A stretch of 53,613 bases of DNA from IMG/VR virus record IMGVR_UViG_3300042868_001142, positions 1 through 53,613 of that record; one strand, 5' to 3'. The notes beneath the pieces were generated by a model that worked only from the letters and a program-made list of their open reading frames with translations, made no database searches and was not told the origin of the DNA. The translations under genes were made by a program, and so were the position numbers. The stretch comes from a virus (Duplodnaviria > Caudoviricetes). Below are positions 1 through 8,502 of the stretch, in pieces. Every line of letters begins with the position of its first letter. The first letter of the stretch is position 1.

Positions 1-180
1 GATTTCTAGACCACTGCTGGTCAGGCGCATGGCCTCGGTGGCTGTTAGCTTCCAGATATAACTTGCTGCGTCAGAAATAATTGACGCATAGGAACTTCCA
101 GCATTATTTACAGCAATTAACGTAGGGTCGTTACCTGTAAATGTTATCCCAAGCTGATTAGTTCCGTTGGAAACACCAAG

Positions 181-2043
181 TTAAGTGCTAAGTGCAGTAG
201 CAGTGCCGCCAACACCCAAATTCGTCCCATCAAACGTCAGCGCAGAGCCAGTAGCCAATGCACTTGTAGAGCTTGCGTACACAACACCGTTGGCTGTGAA
301 TGACGATAAGCCAGTGCCGCCGTTTGCCGTTCCCACAACCCCGCTAGTGATCTGGTTGCCGTTGATCGCAATGGCAGTAGATGCCGCAGCCGTGAGTTGG
401 CCCTGGGCGTTCACCGTGTAGTTGGGTACTGAGCTTGCACTGCCGTAAGAACCGGCTGTAACAGTCGTGTTGGAGATGCTGAATTGCGTGCCGGTCAGCG
501 TCAGGCCCGTGCCTGCTGTGTATGTCCCCGCTCCGGAGAACTGCTGCCAAATGATGGCGTCAGTGCCGACAGTGGTCACCGGCTGAGTCTGAACCCAGCC
601 CGTTCCGGCGTACAGAGTCCCGTTGGTGACAAACGAATAATCTCCGCTTGCAATCTCAACTGACGTATCAAAATCCGTCGCCCTGGTCAAAACCGTGCCG
701 CCAGTGGCCCAGGTGTAGATGCCGTTGTTTGCCTGCGTTGCCTCGTTCTTGACCATCAGGCGGTTGCCGTTGAGCAGCGTGTAGCCGTCCACCACCGTCA
801 GAGGCGAGGAAAGCGTCAGGGTCGCACCAACCCCAGCCGTGCCGTTGTTGTACGTCACCGTGCCGCCAGTCAGCGAAGCCAGCGTGCCTGTGGTTGCCGC
901 ATCGCAAGAGGCGTGGATGTGCAGACCTTCAACAAAAGCGTCCACGTACTGCTTTGTGGCCAGTTGCAGGGCAGTTGTAGGGTCTTGGGTGACCTCAACA
1001 GAGGTCAGGCCACCCAGGGTAAGGCTGGACGCTCCAAGGCTGATTGCAGTCGTTCCAATGGTCACTGCGCTGTTGGTCAGGCTTGCGTTGGCAATATTGG
1101 TCAGCGTGTTGGATGAGCCGCTGATTGACTTGTTGGTCAGGGTCTGCGCGGCCGTGTTGGTGGTGACCGTGTCAGATCCGACCGTGGCGGCAGTCATGTT
1201 GAACGTGCCGCCTGTCACCGTCTTACCCGTGAAGGTCAGGGCATTTGGCAGCGACAAGACAACATCTGCCGCGCCTGTGGCTGTGATCTCGTTGGGCGTA
1301 CCCGTGACCGAAAGCACGCCGCCCGTCTGGGCAAACTGACGCCAAGCGCCAGCAGAATAGCCCTCATAAGCCCCGTCAGTGGTGTTATAGCGGATCTTGC
1401 CGTTGACGCCAGCAGGACGCTGACCAAGTGAGCCAGCAGGGATCAGGATTGCGCCAGCGCCCGGAATGATCGGGTTGTCAGCCAAGCCAATCGTCGGGTT
1501 TCCTGCGATGCCATTGGCGTTGGTCACGACCGTCTGGTCAGCTACGCCTGCAATCTGGGTGGCCGACAGCGCACCAGCCGTGGTGATCGTCATCAGACCG
1601 TTGGCGCTCAGGTTGGCCAGATTCAGAACTTGGCCAGCCAGGGACGTTGTCGGATCTCCCGCAATGCCATCGGCGTTGACGATTGACAGACCAGCCCCGG
1701 AAACGGCCATGGAACGGCCTGTAATGGCTGTTCCAGACGTTTTTACCTGAAAGCCAGTGCCAGATGCCACCAGGGCCGATAAAGCGCCTGTGGTCGTTAT
1801 ATTGAGCACACCCTGAGCACCACCGTCAGTGATGGTCAGCCCGTTGGTCGCACCAAGGTAGCGGCTGTTGGCCAACTGGGGCGTCTGGGTGACCGTCAGG
1901 TAGGTGTAAGGCTGCGACGGAGACGCGGCAATTGCGCCCGTGGTGGTCTGCACCGTCACGCCATTTTGGACAATCGGGACAGACTCAGCGCCAGTGATAG
2001 CACCAGCCGATGGGAGTTGGAGAATATCAACTTGTGCGGACAT
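181..2043 (-). CDS. Tail fibre-like structural protein, module L (frame stays open past the TAA to the window edge)
   Basis: 620 aa, G/T/A/S-rich; fibre motifs RP..GKIRYNT..YEGY, DPTTALQLATKQYVD, NRLMVKNE...NNGIY, YTAGTGLTLTG; last gene of the structural operon. Confidence 0.8.
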   Translation of the reverse strand: MSAQVDILQLPSAGAITGAESVPIVQNGVTVQTTTGAIAASPSQPYTYLTVTQTPQLANSRYLGATNGLTITDGGAQGVLNITTTGALSALVASGTGFQVKTSGTAITGRSMAVSGAGLSIVNADGIAGDPTTSLAGQVLNLANLSANGLMTITTAGALSATQIAGVADQTVVTNANGIAGNPTIGLADNPIIPGAGAILIPAGSLGQRPAGVNGKIRYNTTDGAYEGYSAGAWRQFAQTGGVLSVTGTPNEITATGAADVVLSLPNALTFTGKTVTGGTFNMTAATVGSDTVTTNTAAQTLTNKSISGSSNTLTNIANASLTNSAVTIGTTAISLGASSLTLGGLTSVEVTQDPTTALQLATKQYVDAFVEGLHIHASCDAATTGTLASLTGGTVTYNNGTAGVGATLTLSSPLTVVDGYTLLNGNRLMVKNEATQANNGIYTWATGGTVLTRATDFDTSVEIASGDYSFVTNGTLYAGTGWVQTQPVTTVGTDAIIWQQFSGAGTYTAGTGLTLTGTQFSISNTTVTAGSYGSASSVPNYTVNAQGQLTAAASTAIAINGNQITSGVVGTANGGTGLSSFTANGVVYASSTSALATGSALTFDGTNLGVGGTATALST

Positions 2044-2404
2044 TATGTGCTCGTGTTGTTGGGTGGGTTCGGTGCGATAGTGTCCTTGTTTCCGGTCGAG
2101 GTAGGCGTCTGGGTGTGTTGCCCTGAGTGGAAATCTGCAACTGAGAATTCCCGGTGGTCACCAGATAGTTGTCGCCAGCATTGAGCGGAAGGTCAGGACG
2201 AGGAAACCGAATCGTTATCCTCTCGGTTTTGCGTGCAGGCAACCGATAAGGGTCAAGCTGATCTGCGCAGCCCTCGTTGCACACCCGCAGGCCCGGAAAG
2301 TTTGGGTCGTTGCGCATCACAGCATGTGGCCGCTTTAACTTGCAGCGGTCACAAATCGCAATTGCGATGTCAGAGTAGCCCTCAGTGTCCAGAAAGATGG
2401 CCAT
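2027..2404 (-). CDS. Hypothetical phage protein with Cys motifs (CDRC...CNEGC); probable frameshift near 2115
   Basis: ORF track; TAATG coupling to the upstream endonuclease; an alternative frame ends at TAATG coupled to the fibre gene. Confidence 0.65.
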   Translation of the reverse strand: MAIFLDTEGYSDIAIAICDRCKLKRPHAVMRNDPNFPGLRVCNEGCADQLDPYRLPARKTERITIRFPRPDLPLNAGDNYLVTTGNSQLQISTQGNTPRRLPRPETRTLSHRTHPTTRAHNVRTS

Positions 2405-2931
2405 TAAACAGTCCTTCCTTGCGCAGCCAATGTGGCACGTCGAGACGCAACGCGCTTGGCAATCTGCTCAGGCGTCTGCTTGCTTCCTTTTTTCTTGGCC
2501 GATAACTTTGCGCGAGTTTCATCAGAAGATGGCACGCCTGCATTCGCGGGCGTTCTTCCAATCATCCAAGGCGTTGAACGAGACACACCCTTGAGTGGGC
2601 TGACATAACCTTCGCCACGAAACTTGGCCACAGGCGGCTTACCTCCGCCCATCACCAGATTCCAGCCAATTTCCTCTGCTGGGCGCAACTTGCTTTCAAG
2701 CTCATAGCAGTACGCCTCCTCCGCCACCACGACAACAGTTTTAATCAAAGAGTCCCAGCCGTGTTTTGCAATTGCATTGGACAAGCGAGGATTGTCGTGA
2801 CGACCTTTAGCATGCGCCCATTTGTGACCGTACAACCAGCGCTTATTGGCGTTTTTAGAGACGCCAACATACCCCTCAGACGTGATGTCAGAGTGGTGTG
2901 CTGCTCGTATCCAATAAACTTGGGCAATCAT
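2404..2931 (-). CDS. Free-standing GIY-YIG homing endonuclease with NUMOD3-like DNA-binding repeats
   Basis: VYWI...GYVGVS, RW..H, E..L, GWNL..GG; C-terminal SDETRAKLSAKKKG..QTPEQIAKR. Confidence 0.8.
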   Translation of the reverse strand: MIAQVYWIRAAHHSDITSEGYVGVSKNANKRWLYGHKWAHAKGRHDNPRLSNAIAKHGWDSLIKTVVVVAEEAYCYELESKLRPAEEIGWNLVMGGGKPPVAKFRGEGYVSPLKGVSRSTPWMIGRTPANAGVPSSDETRAKLSAKKKGSKQTPEQIAKRVASRRATLAAQGRTV

Positions 2932-3989
2932 GCTGTGTACGGCCGTATGTTTGGGGCAAAGTACACAGGACTTTTGTCGCGCTCTTCCTCTTCAGCCCGA
3001 CCAAGGTACTTGCTGGCTTGGCCTTCAAGGTACTGAATGCGGGCCATTTCCACGCCAGGAAGCTCAAGGCTCATCCTGTGGGACAGCATCATGATCACGG
3101 CCTCGTACCAGCGCTGTGGCACCTCCAACTCGCCGTACAGGTCACCCACGTCCATGATCTGGCGCGAGTACCAGATGGTCATCTGGTAGAACGCATTCTG
3201 GGGCGTTGGCCACAGCACAATCTCGCTCTGAGGGATGGTGCGGTTGAACCAGAACTGGAAGGGCTGGTTGGCCGTGAAGTTCTTGTTGGGCAGGTTGGTG
3301 TAGTCGTCGCGGTTCAGGCGAGACATCGTGATCTCGGTGCTGTTGTTGCCCAAGTACCACTCGCGCAGGCTTAGGGTCGTGCCGCCGTAGGCCCGGATGC
3401 GGTAATACGGCACGGTCTGGCCGTTCTCAATGTCAGTCCACACCCACTCGTTGTTGGTCACCGTAATGGACCCAAGATCCACCAGGGTGGACCATGTCAC
3501 GTTGTCAAGGGAGTATTCGTAAATGATTGACCAAGTTCCCGTGGCCGCTGGCAGAAAGCCAATTGAGCCGATGAAGATGGGATTTGAAGGGCCGAAGTTG
3601 ACCGCAATGTTGCCATTGGCCGATGTCTGAGTGCAAACCGTCTGCACGTCCTCGTCGTACAGGTTGGACACCGTGCCGCCAGCAGAAGACGTATACGCCC
3701 CATTTGGGCGGTTCATGAAGCGGTACAGGGCGTTAAGCACATCATTGCCGCCAAGGGGCAGCAGGTACGTTGCTTTGTCTGCCGTGAAGCCGTAGACCTT
3801 CTTGTCAATTGCCCAATACTGGATGCCAATGTTGATCAGGTCCGACAGCAGGAAGAAAAGAGACTCACGGGCGCTCAGAACCTGCTCAGAGGTCAATTCC
3901 TCGGCCAGCTTGCCACAGCGACGAGCGCCGTGGTCAATCATCGTCTGGACCGTTACAACGGTCGTGCCCGTGGTTCCCGAATAAGCCAT
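2928..3989 (-). CDS. Putative head-tail adaptor protein with an internal beta-sandwich (discoidin-like) insert
   Basis: N-terminal helices (HGARRCG...SARESLFFLL), IVLWPTP and EVPQRWYEAV motifs typical of podovirus adaptors; position after head genes. Confidence 0.6.
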   Translation of the reverse strand: MAYSGTTGTTVVTVQTMIDHGARRCGKLAEELTSEQVLSARESLFFLLSDLINIGIQYWAIDKKVYGFTADKATYLLPLGGNDVLNALYRFMNRPNGAYTSSAGGTVSNLYDEDVQTVCTQTSANGNIAVNFGPSNPIFIGSIGFLPAATGTWSIIYEYSLDNVTWSTLVDLGSITVTNNEWVWTDIENGQTVPYYRIRAYGGTTLSLREWYLGNNSTEITMSRLNRDDYTNLPNKNFTANQPFQFWFNRTIPQSEIVLWPTPQNAFYQMTIWYSRQIMDVGDLYGELEVPQRWYEAVIMMLSHRMSLELPGVEMARIQYLEGQASKYLGRAEEEERDKSPVYFAPNIRPYTA

Positions 3990-3990
3990 A

Positions 3991-4407
3991 TCAGCACTTC
4001 CATCTGTTTAAGGCCGCCGCCTTGCGTGTTGGCTTGCCTTTTTCGTCTTTCATCGGCCCAGGCATACCGGACATCCGAGCGCAAAATGAGTCCTTGCGTG
4101 CGCCGCCCTGGGGCTGTGGTGCCTTCAGGTTGCTGCCCGTTGCGGCATTGTATTTCGCCCGGCCCTTGGCTGTAAGCCCTGCGCCCTTTTCAACGGGCAA
4201 CTTCTCGCCGCGACCGACAGCAAGCGACACGCCGCCACTCTTCATCTTCTTTTCAGAAAACATCTTCTCAACCATGTTCAACCGCTGAGGCTTGGTCGTC
4301 ACATCGTTGACAATTTTCAGCCGTTCAGATTTGCTTTTGGACGGCTCATAGAAGCCAGCACTCTTTAAGGACTTGGCAACTGACGGTGTCTTTTTTGTCA
4401 TGGTCAA
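3991..4407 (-). CDS. Small basic protein with a DUF6321-like C-terminal domain after an MKSGG linker
   Basis: GAGLTAKGRAKYN...SFCARM...RWKC; close paralogue at 35623..35883. Confidence 0.7.
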   Translation of the reverse strand: MTMTKKTPSVAKSLKSAGFYEPSKSKSERLKIVNDVTTKPQRLNMVEKMFSEKKMKSGGVSLAVGRGEKLPVEKGAGLTAKGRAKYNAATGSNLKAPQPQGGARKDSFCARMSGMPGPMKDEKGKPTRKAAALNRWKC

Positions 4408-4640
4408 AACCTGTATTTAGCTGTTTTTTGTGCAATCTTTTTTGGCTGCGCTACGAACTGCTTCCCGGCGGCTTTGCCCGCCCTTTTGGCCTTGGTTGTC
4501 GCGGCGTACTCGGCAGAACTGAGACTTTTGATCGCGGCCTTTGGAAGGTAGCGCTCACCAGTCTCAGAAGATTTTTTGCCACTCTTGGTGGTCCAATCTT
4601 GCTTGCCCCAATCGCTCAGGGATTTCTGTGGTGCCTTCAT
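4404..4640 (-). CDS. Small basic protein, DUF5872-like C-terminal half
   Basis: QKSL.DW.KQDW.TKSGK...ERYLPK; ATG at 4640 lies 1 nt after the upstream TGA. Confidence 0.65.
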   Translation of the reverse strand: MKAPQKSLSDWGKQDWTTKSGKKSSETGERYLPKAAIKSLSSAEYAATTKAKRAGKAAGKQFVAQPKKIAQKTAKYRF

Positions 4641-4641
4641 G

Positions 4642-4977
4642 TCAGTCTCGATAGCCGCCGCCAGCGGCCTTGTACTTCTTGGCCACAAGCTGGGCTTTTC
4701 TCGCGCTCCACTGCCCAGCGCCAGTGCCCTGCGTGGCGGCAGACTTGACTTGGCTCACGATCCGCTTGCGCAACTCGGGCTTGGTGTAGTTGCCTGCCGC
4801 GTTCACTTTGCCGCCGTCAGCCATTTTCTCCGGCAACTTGGAGTACGCCTTCTTGCCCTTGTTGGACTCGGTGTACTCTGAGGCAACGCTTTTGCTGATG
4901 CCAACTTTTTTGGCAATCTCTGGGTTGTGCTGTACCGCCTTCATCAGGCGGAATTGAGCCTGTGACTTGGCTGGCAT
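4642..4977 (-). CDS. Small basic two-part protein joined by MADGG; second part DUF5872-like N-terminal half
   Basis: NYTKPELRKRI...GQWSARKAQL..K.YK..GGGY motif. Confidence 0.65.
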   Translation of the reverse strand: MPAKSQAQFRLMKAVQHNPEIAKKVGISKSVASEYTESNKGKKAYSKLPEKMADGGKVNAAGNYTKPELRKRIVSQVKSAATQGTGAGQWSARKAQLVAKKYKAAGGGYRD

Positions 4978-4979
4978 GA

Positions 4980-5264
4980 TCAGCCGCAGAAAATGGTGAT
5001 TGATGCGTTTGTTGGCAACGTCACATGGATGTTGGTCGTGAAGCGGATGCCGTTGCCAGGGATGATGTTTGCAAACGGGTTGTTGGTGTTTGCTGGGATG
5101 TTGATCCTCAAGCGAACAGTGCCGCCAGACCCGCCATCACGAAAAACAATCTCGCCAGCAGTCCCGCCAGCCAGAGCTTGATACCCAGCAAGATTTGTTG
5201 CGCCAGCGTAAATCGTCCCCGTCGCATCAAGGTGCGCAGAAAATACATTGGTCAATGTTGTCAT
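4980..5264 (-). CDS. Small beta-rich virion protein
   Basis: 94 aa, SD GGAG; resembles 38915..39181 (GIRFTTNIHV vs GIWFSKGLYI). Confidence 0.6.
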   Translation of the reverse strand: MTTLTNVFSAHLDATGTIYAGATNLAGYQALAGGTAGEIVFRDGGSGGTVRLRINIPANTNNPFANIIPGNGIRFTTNIHVTLPTNASITIFCG

Positions 5265-5279
5265 CTAAATCTCCAATTG

Positions 5280-5302
5280 AAAGCAGGGGCCGAAGCCCCC
5301 GC
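5280..5302 (-). terminator. cUUCGg hairpin, probable weak intrinsic terminator
   Basis: minus strand GCGGGGGC-TTCG-GCCCCTGC followed by a short U run. Confidence 0.55.
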
Positions 5303-5308
5303 CTTGTT

Positions 5309-6520
5309 TCAGCAATTCACCATGCCGCCGCGCTTTTTGGCGGGCGTCACAGTGACTGACTCTTTGGTCTTCGTGACGCTGTCAGCTTTGGGTGCAGAGG
5401 AGAACAGGTCTTTGGCCACGCTCTTTACTTTACCCATCACCTTGCCGGGGAAGCCACGGATGGACTTGGCCATATCCATTTCTTCCTTGCTCGGGCCAAT
5501 AGCTTTGTCATAAGCACCCTTGGAGAGGTCGCCGCCCTCAGCCATCATCTTTGTGGGGCCGTACTTCAGATTGCTCTGGGCCTTGGCTTGCTTCATTGCA
5601 GTGGCGTTCTCCTTGTTGAAGACCGCCTGCAACTTACGGTTGCCTGGGGCTACCTTGCCCCCCTTTTTGTAAGTACCGGCGAGTTCGTCGATCCTTACAG
5701 GCTTGGGGGCAGGCTTGTTGCCCTGGGGCATCGCGACGGCGCGGCCTGAATTAACAGACCCCCCCGCCGCGAAGGCTTTTTTTGCGGCACCACCTTTTTT
5801 GTAGGGTGAAGATCCACCCATGCCATCGTCCATCATGCCGCCGCCCATCATGCCGTCACCGGCCATGCCGCCACCCATCATGCCTTTGATCTTGCCGCCT
5901 TTTTTGTAGCCGCCAGCATTGGATTTTGCGACACCGCCAGTGGCGAAGCCACCAGCATTGCCCATCTTCACGCCGCCAGTTTTGGCAGGCGAGTGGTCAG
6001 GCTTGGCCGTGTCCATCTTGGTGTTGCGGTACTCGCCACCTTGTTTTTCGGTGTTGATGATGCCGCCCTTTTTGAAGCCACCCTGGCCGTTGACAACGCC
6101 ACCGGTGGCCAGACCTTTGTGGCCCTTTGAGGCAGGCTTGGACTCGTGAGACTTCAGTTCTTTCTCAAGACCTTTCATCTTCGACATCTCGGCCTTATGC
6201 ACAGACTTGGACTCGCCGCCCTTCTTCATGCCAGGAGTTGGCATGGCAGCCTGCATCTGAGCCGCGCCACCCACAGGACCGGCAGGGCCAGCACCAGCGG
6301 GCATGCCGCGCATTGCACGGCGGCGCATGGCCAGCGAGGGGGCCATAGGGCTGTTAGCGCCCATCATGCCGCCTCGGGCAGGCATACCCTGGGGCATAGC
6401 GCTAGGAGCGCCCATCATGCCGCCGCCAGCCTTTTTGACCACCTTGCCGCCTTTTTTGAGCTTCAGCTCAACTGAAGGCTCAGTGGTCTCCATCTTCACC
6501 ATCGGTTTGAATTGACCCAT
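5309..6520 (-). CDS. Low-complexity Lys/Gly/Met-rich protein with about 10 hydrophobic-[AK]-x-GG repeats
   Basis: LKKGG, MKKGG, LATGG, FKKGG, FATGG, YKKGG x3, FAAGG, MAEGG; strong SD AAAGGAG. Confidence 0.75.
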   Translation of the reverse strand: MGQFKPMVKMETTEPSVELKLKKGGKVVKKAGGGMMGAPSAMPQGMPARGGMMGANSPMAPSLAMRRRAMRGMPAGAGPAGPVGGAAQMQAAMPTPGMKKGGESKSVHKAEMSKMKGLEKELKSHESKPASKGHKGLATGGVVNGQGGFKKGGIINTEKQGGEYRNTKMDTAKPDHSPAKTGGVKMGNAGGFATGGVAKSNAGGYKKGGKIKGMMGGGMAGDGMMGGGMMDDGMGGSSPYKKGGAAKKAFAAGGSVNSGRAVAMPQGNKPAPKPVRIDELAGTYKKGGKVAPGNRKLQAVFNKENATAMKQAKAQSNLKYGPTKMMAEGGDLSKGAYDKAIGPSKEEMDMAKSIRGFPGKVMGKVKSVAKDLFSSAPKADSVTKTKESVTVTPAKKRGGMVNC

Positions 6521-6532
6521 GTCGCTCTCCTT

Positions 6533-7504
6533 TTAGGCTTGCGTGACGCCAAAAGCGCCGGTGCGGGTTGCGTTAGGGCCGACTGCAATTGCAGGCAGGG
6601 CGATGGTCATAACCAAACGCTTGATGCCGTCAGTAGCAGAGGCAGGGACAAACGTGCCGCGCACATCACCGGTGGTGGTGGTTGCGGTGGCGGTAACGGC
6701 TGCAACAGCGGTGCCAGCATTGTCAGCCAGGGTGTTGTTGTAACCAGCATGGACGATGTAGCCCAGGTCAAGGATACGAACAGGGGAGCCGAGGATGTCA
6801 GTGGTGCCAATTGCAATCGTTGCGCCCAAAGCACCAGAAATGCTTGCGGATGCAATTTGATAGAAGGCTTTTTTGCCGTTGACAGTGGTTGACTGGACAG
6901 TGCCGGTGGCAATCACTTCGCTCATTGGCTGGCCGTAGTAGTCGTAGCCAGTGATGGTCACGTTACGGTTGGTCAAAGTGCCAGTGCCAGAAACAATGCT
7001 GACTGCGCGAGGGCAATCAAGTTGCAACACCGTAGTGCCGTTGTTCAGCAAAACAGAAGTCACAAAACTTCCGGCAGTCAAGGCAATCGTTGACGAGGTC
7101 GTCTGAACAGCCGCAATGTTGCTGGCCGCAAGAGCCTGAGCCACAACGTCCCAAACGTAAACGCGGCCCAAAGGACCAACACCAACGCTCATTGGGGACG
7201 GGTTGCTCAAAAAGGCGTTGCCTGCACCAGTGATGGTCGCGCTTGCCGAGGTTTGTGAGGCGCTTATCGTGTAAGTGCCAACGCCGCCAGAACCAGTGCC
7301 AAAGGCAGTGATGTAAGCGACTGTGCCCACGTTTGCGCCGTCGATCCACATGCCAACGGTGATCGGGTCACCAGAGAGCATTTCGGTCACGGTCAGCGTG
7401 GTCGTTGCGATGGAGCCAGTAAATGTGGCTGAGTTGGGATATACGTCAAGGCCCTGATAGCCCACTGCCGTACCCAAAAAGAGATCATCTGAAAATTGAG
7501 GCAT
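6533..7504 (-). CDS. Virion structural protein (decoration/whisker-like)
   Basis: T/G/A-rich beta protein just after the capsid gene; SD AAGGAG favours start MPQFSDD at 7504. Confidence 0.65.
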   Translation of the reverse strand: MPQFSDDLFLGTAVGYQGLDVYPNSATFTGSIATTTLTVTEMLSGDPITVGMWIDGANVGTVAYITAFGTGSGGVGTYTISASQTSASATITGAGNAFLSNPSPMSVGVGPLGRVYVWDVVAQALAASNIAAVQTTSSTIALTAGSFVTSVLLNNGTTVLQLDCPRAVSIVSGTGTLTNRNVTITGYDYYGQPMSEVIATGTVQSTTVNGKKAFYQIASASISGALGATIAIGTTDILGSPVRILDLGYIVHAGYNNTLADNAGTAVAAVTATATTTTGDVRGTFVPASATDGIKRLVMTIALPAIAVGPNATRTGAFGVTQA

Positions 7505-7537
7505 GGTCTGCTCCTTGAAAAGTTTGACCAAACATTG

Positions 7538-7570
7538 AAAAAAAAGGGGAGGCTTTTGGCCGTCCCCCTT
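7538..7570 (-). terminator. Intrinsic terminator after the module-L capsid gene
   Basis: minus strand GGGGACGGCC-AAAA-GCCTCCCC followed by 8 U. Confidence 0.75.
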
Positions 7571-7576
7571 GTGGCT

Positions 7577-8491
7577 TTACATGCCGGGCGTGCCGTACAT
7601 TGCGCGTGGGTCGGTAAACCCAGGAATGTAACGCTCGGTAGCCTTGTAGCGCATTGAGTCGGTCTCAAAATCGCCTTCCATGGTCTTCTCCAGCTTGCGG
7701 CGCATCATGAGCTTCATGCCTTCTGGGGCGTCGGTCTGCACGAAGAATGCCGTGGGGCTGGTCAGACGGCTGATCACGGCAGCGCCTTCGTCCAGCAAGC
7801 CGATAGACTTGACAGGGTTCAGGTCGTTGTTTGCCGTGCCTGAGCGCAGAACGCTCTTGAGCAGCACTTCGGCCTGGAAGACGTTGCCAGGAGCGACCAC
7901 CAGTTGGCGGGGCACCAGACGGATCTTCTTGCCGTTGTTGTCCACAGCCTGACGGATCTGGATCAACATCTGCTCCAGAGAAGTCTGGGACAGGTTGGCC
8001 GCAGTGGTCAACTGGTTGCTGAACGTACCGTTCACGATGGGGTGAGCAGTGTTGATCAGGGACACGCCGTCGCCGCCAGGAAACGCGCTGTTGAAAGCAC
8101 GGTTCAAGACGTTTGCGCACAAGGTCTCTTTGGTCTCAATCAGAGACTGAGCCAAGTGGCGAGCGTAAACCTGACCGATACGGATGTGGTCGCCGTCTTC
8201 AACCAGCACTTTGGTCAACGCGAAGGCCAAGCCAAACACGTTGTACACATAGCGCTGCAGGAACAGAACGCCGCCCTGCTGGTAGCTAACGGGAGTGCCG
8301 TCAGGCAACTGGGGGGCCGCGCCAAAACCGTACAGGACGGGTTCTTCGTGGTAGTTGCGGGGGATACCGTCTTGTTCGCGGAACACACGGCTCCACTCGT
8401 CGGTACGTTGGTCGTAGACTCCGTCGAAGCACTCGTTGAGGATAGGCTCAACGATTGACCGAAAGTCCGTACTGCGCATTGGTGCTGCCAT
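7577..8491 (-). CDS. Major capsid protein, module L (Bbp17/Mu gpT-like, HK97 fold)
   Basis: 304 aa; LYGFGAAP, FALTKVLVED, ARHLAQSL.ETKE, GGDGVSL...AHP, EGDFETDSMRYKATERY, DPRAMYG; optimised codons. Confidence 0.85.
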   Translation of the reverse strand: MAAPMRSTDFRSIVEPILNECFDGVYDQRTDEWSRVFREQDGIPRNYHEEPVLYGFGAAPQLPDGTPVSYQQGGVLFLQRYVYNVFGLAFALTKVLVEDGDHIRIGQVYARHLAQSLIETKETLCANVLNRAFNSAFPGGDGVSLINTAHPIVNGTFSNQLTTAANLSQTSLEQMLIQIRQAVDNNGKKIRLVPRQLVVAPGNVFQAEVLLKSVLRSGTANNDLNPVKSIGLLDEGAAVISRLTSPTAFFVQTDAPEGMKLMMRRKLEKTMEGDFETDSMRYKATERYIPGFTDPRAMYGTPGM

Positions 8492-8502
8492 TTTATTGCT
8501 CC

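Noticed and set aside
181-183. Alternative genetic code (TAA recoding)
   Set aside because: TAA ends many clear genes in both modules, including capsid-L, polA and terL-R
2404-2931. Group I intron around the GIY-YIG gene
   Set aside because: The ORF overlaps both neighbours, leaving no room for a ribozyme core
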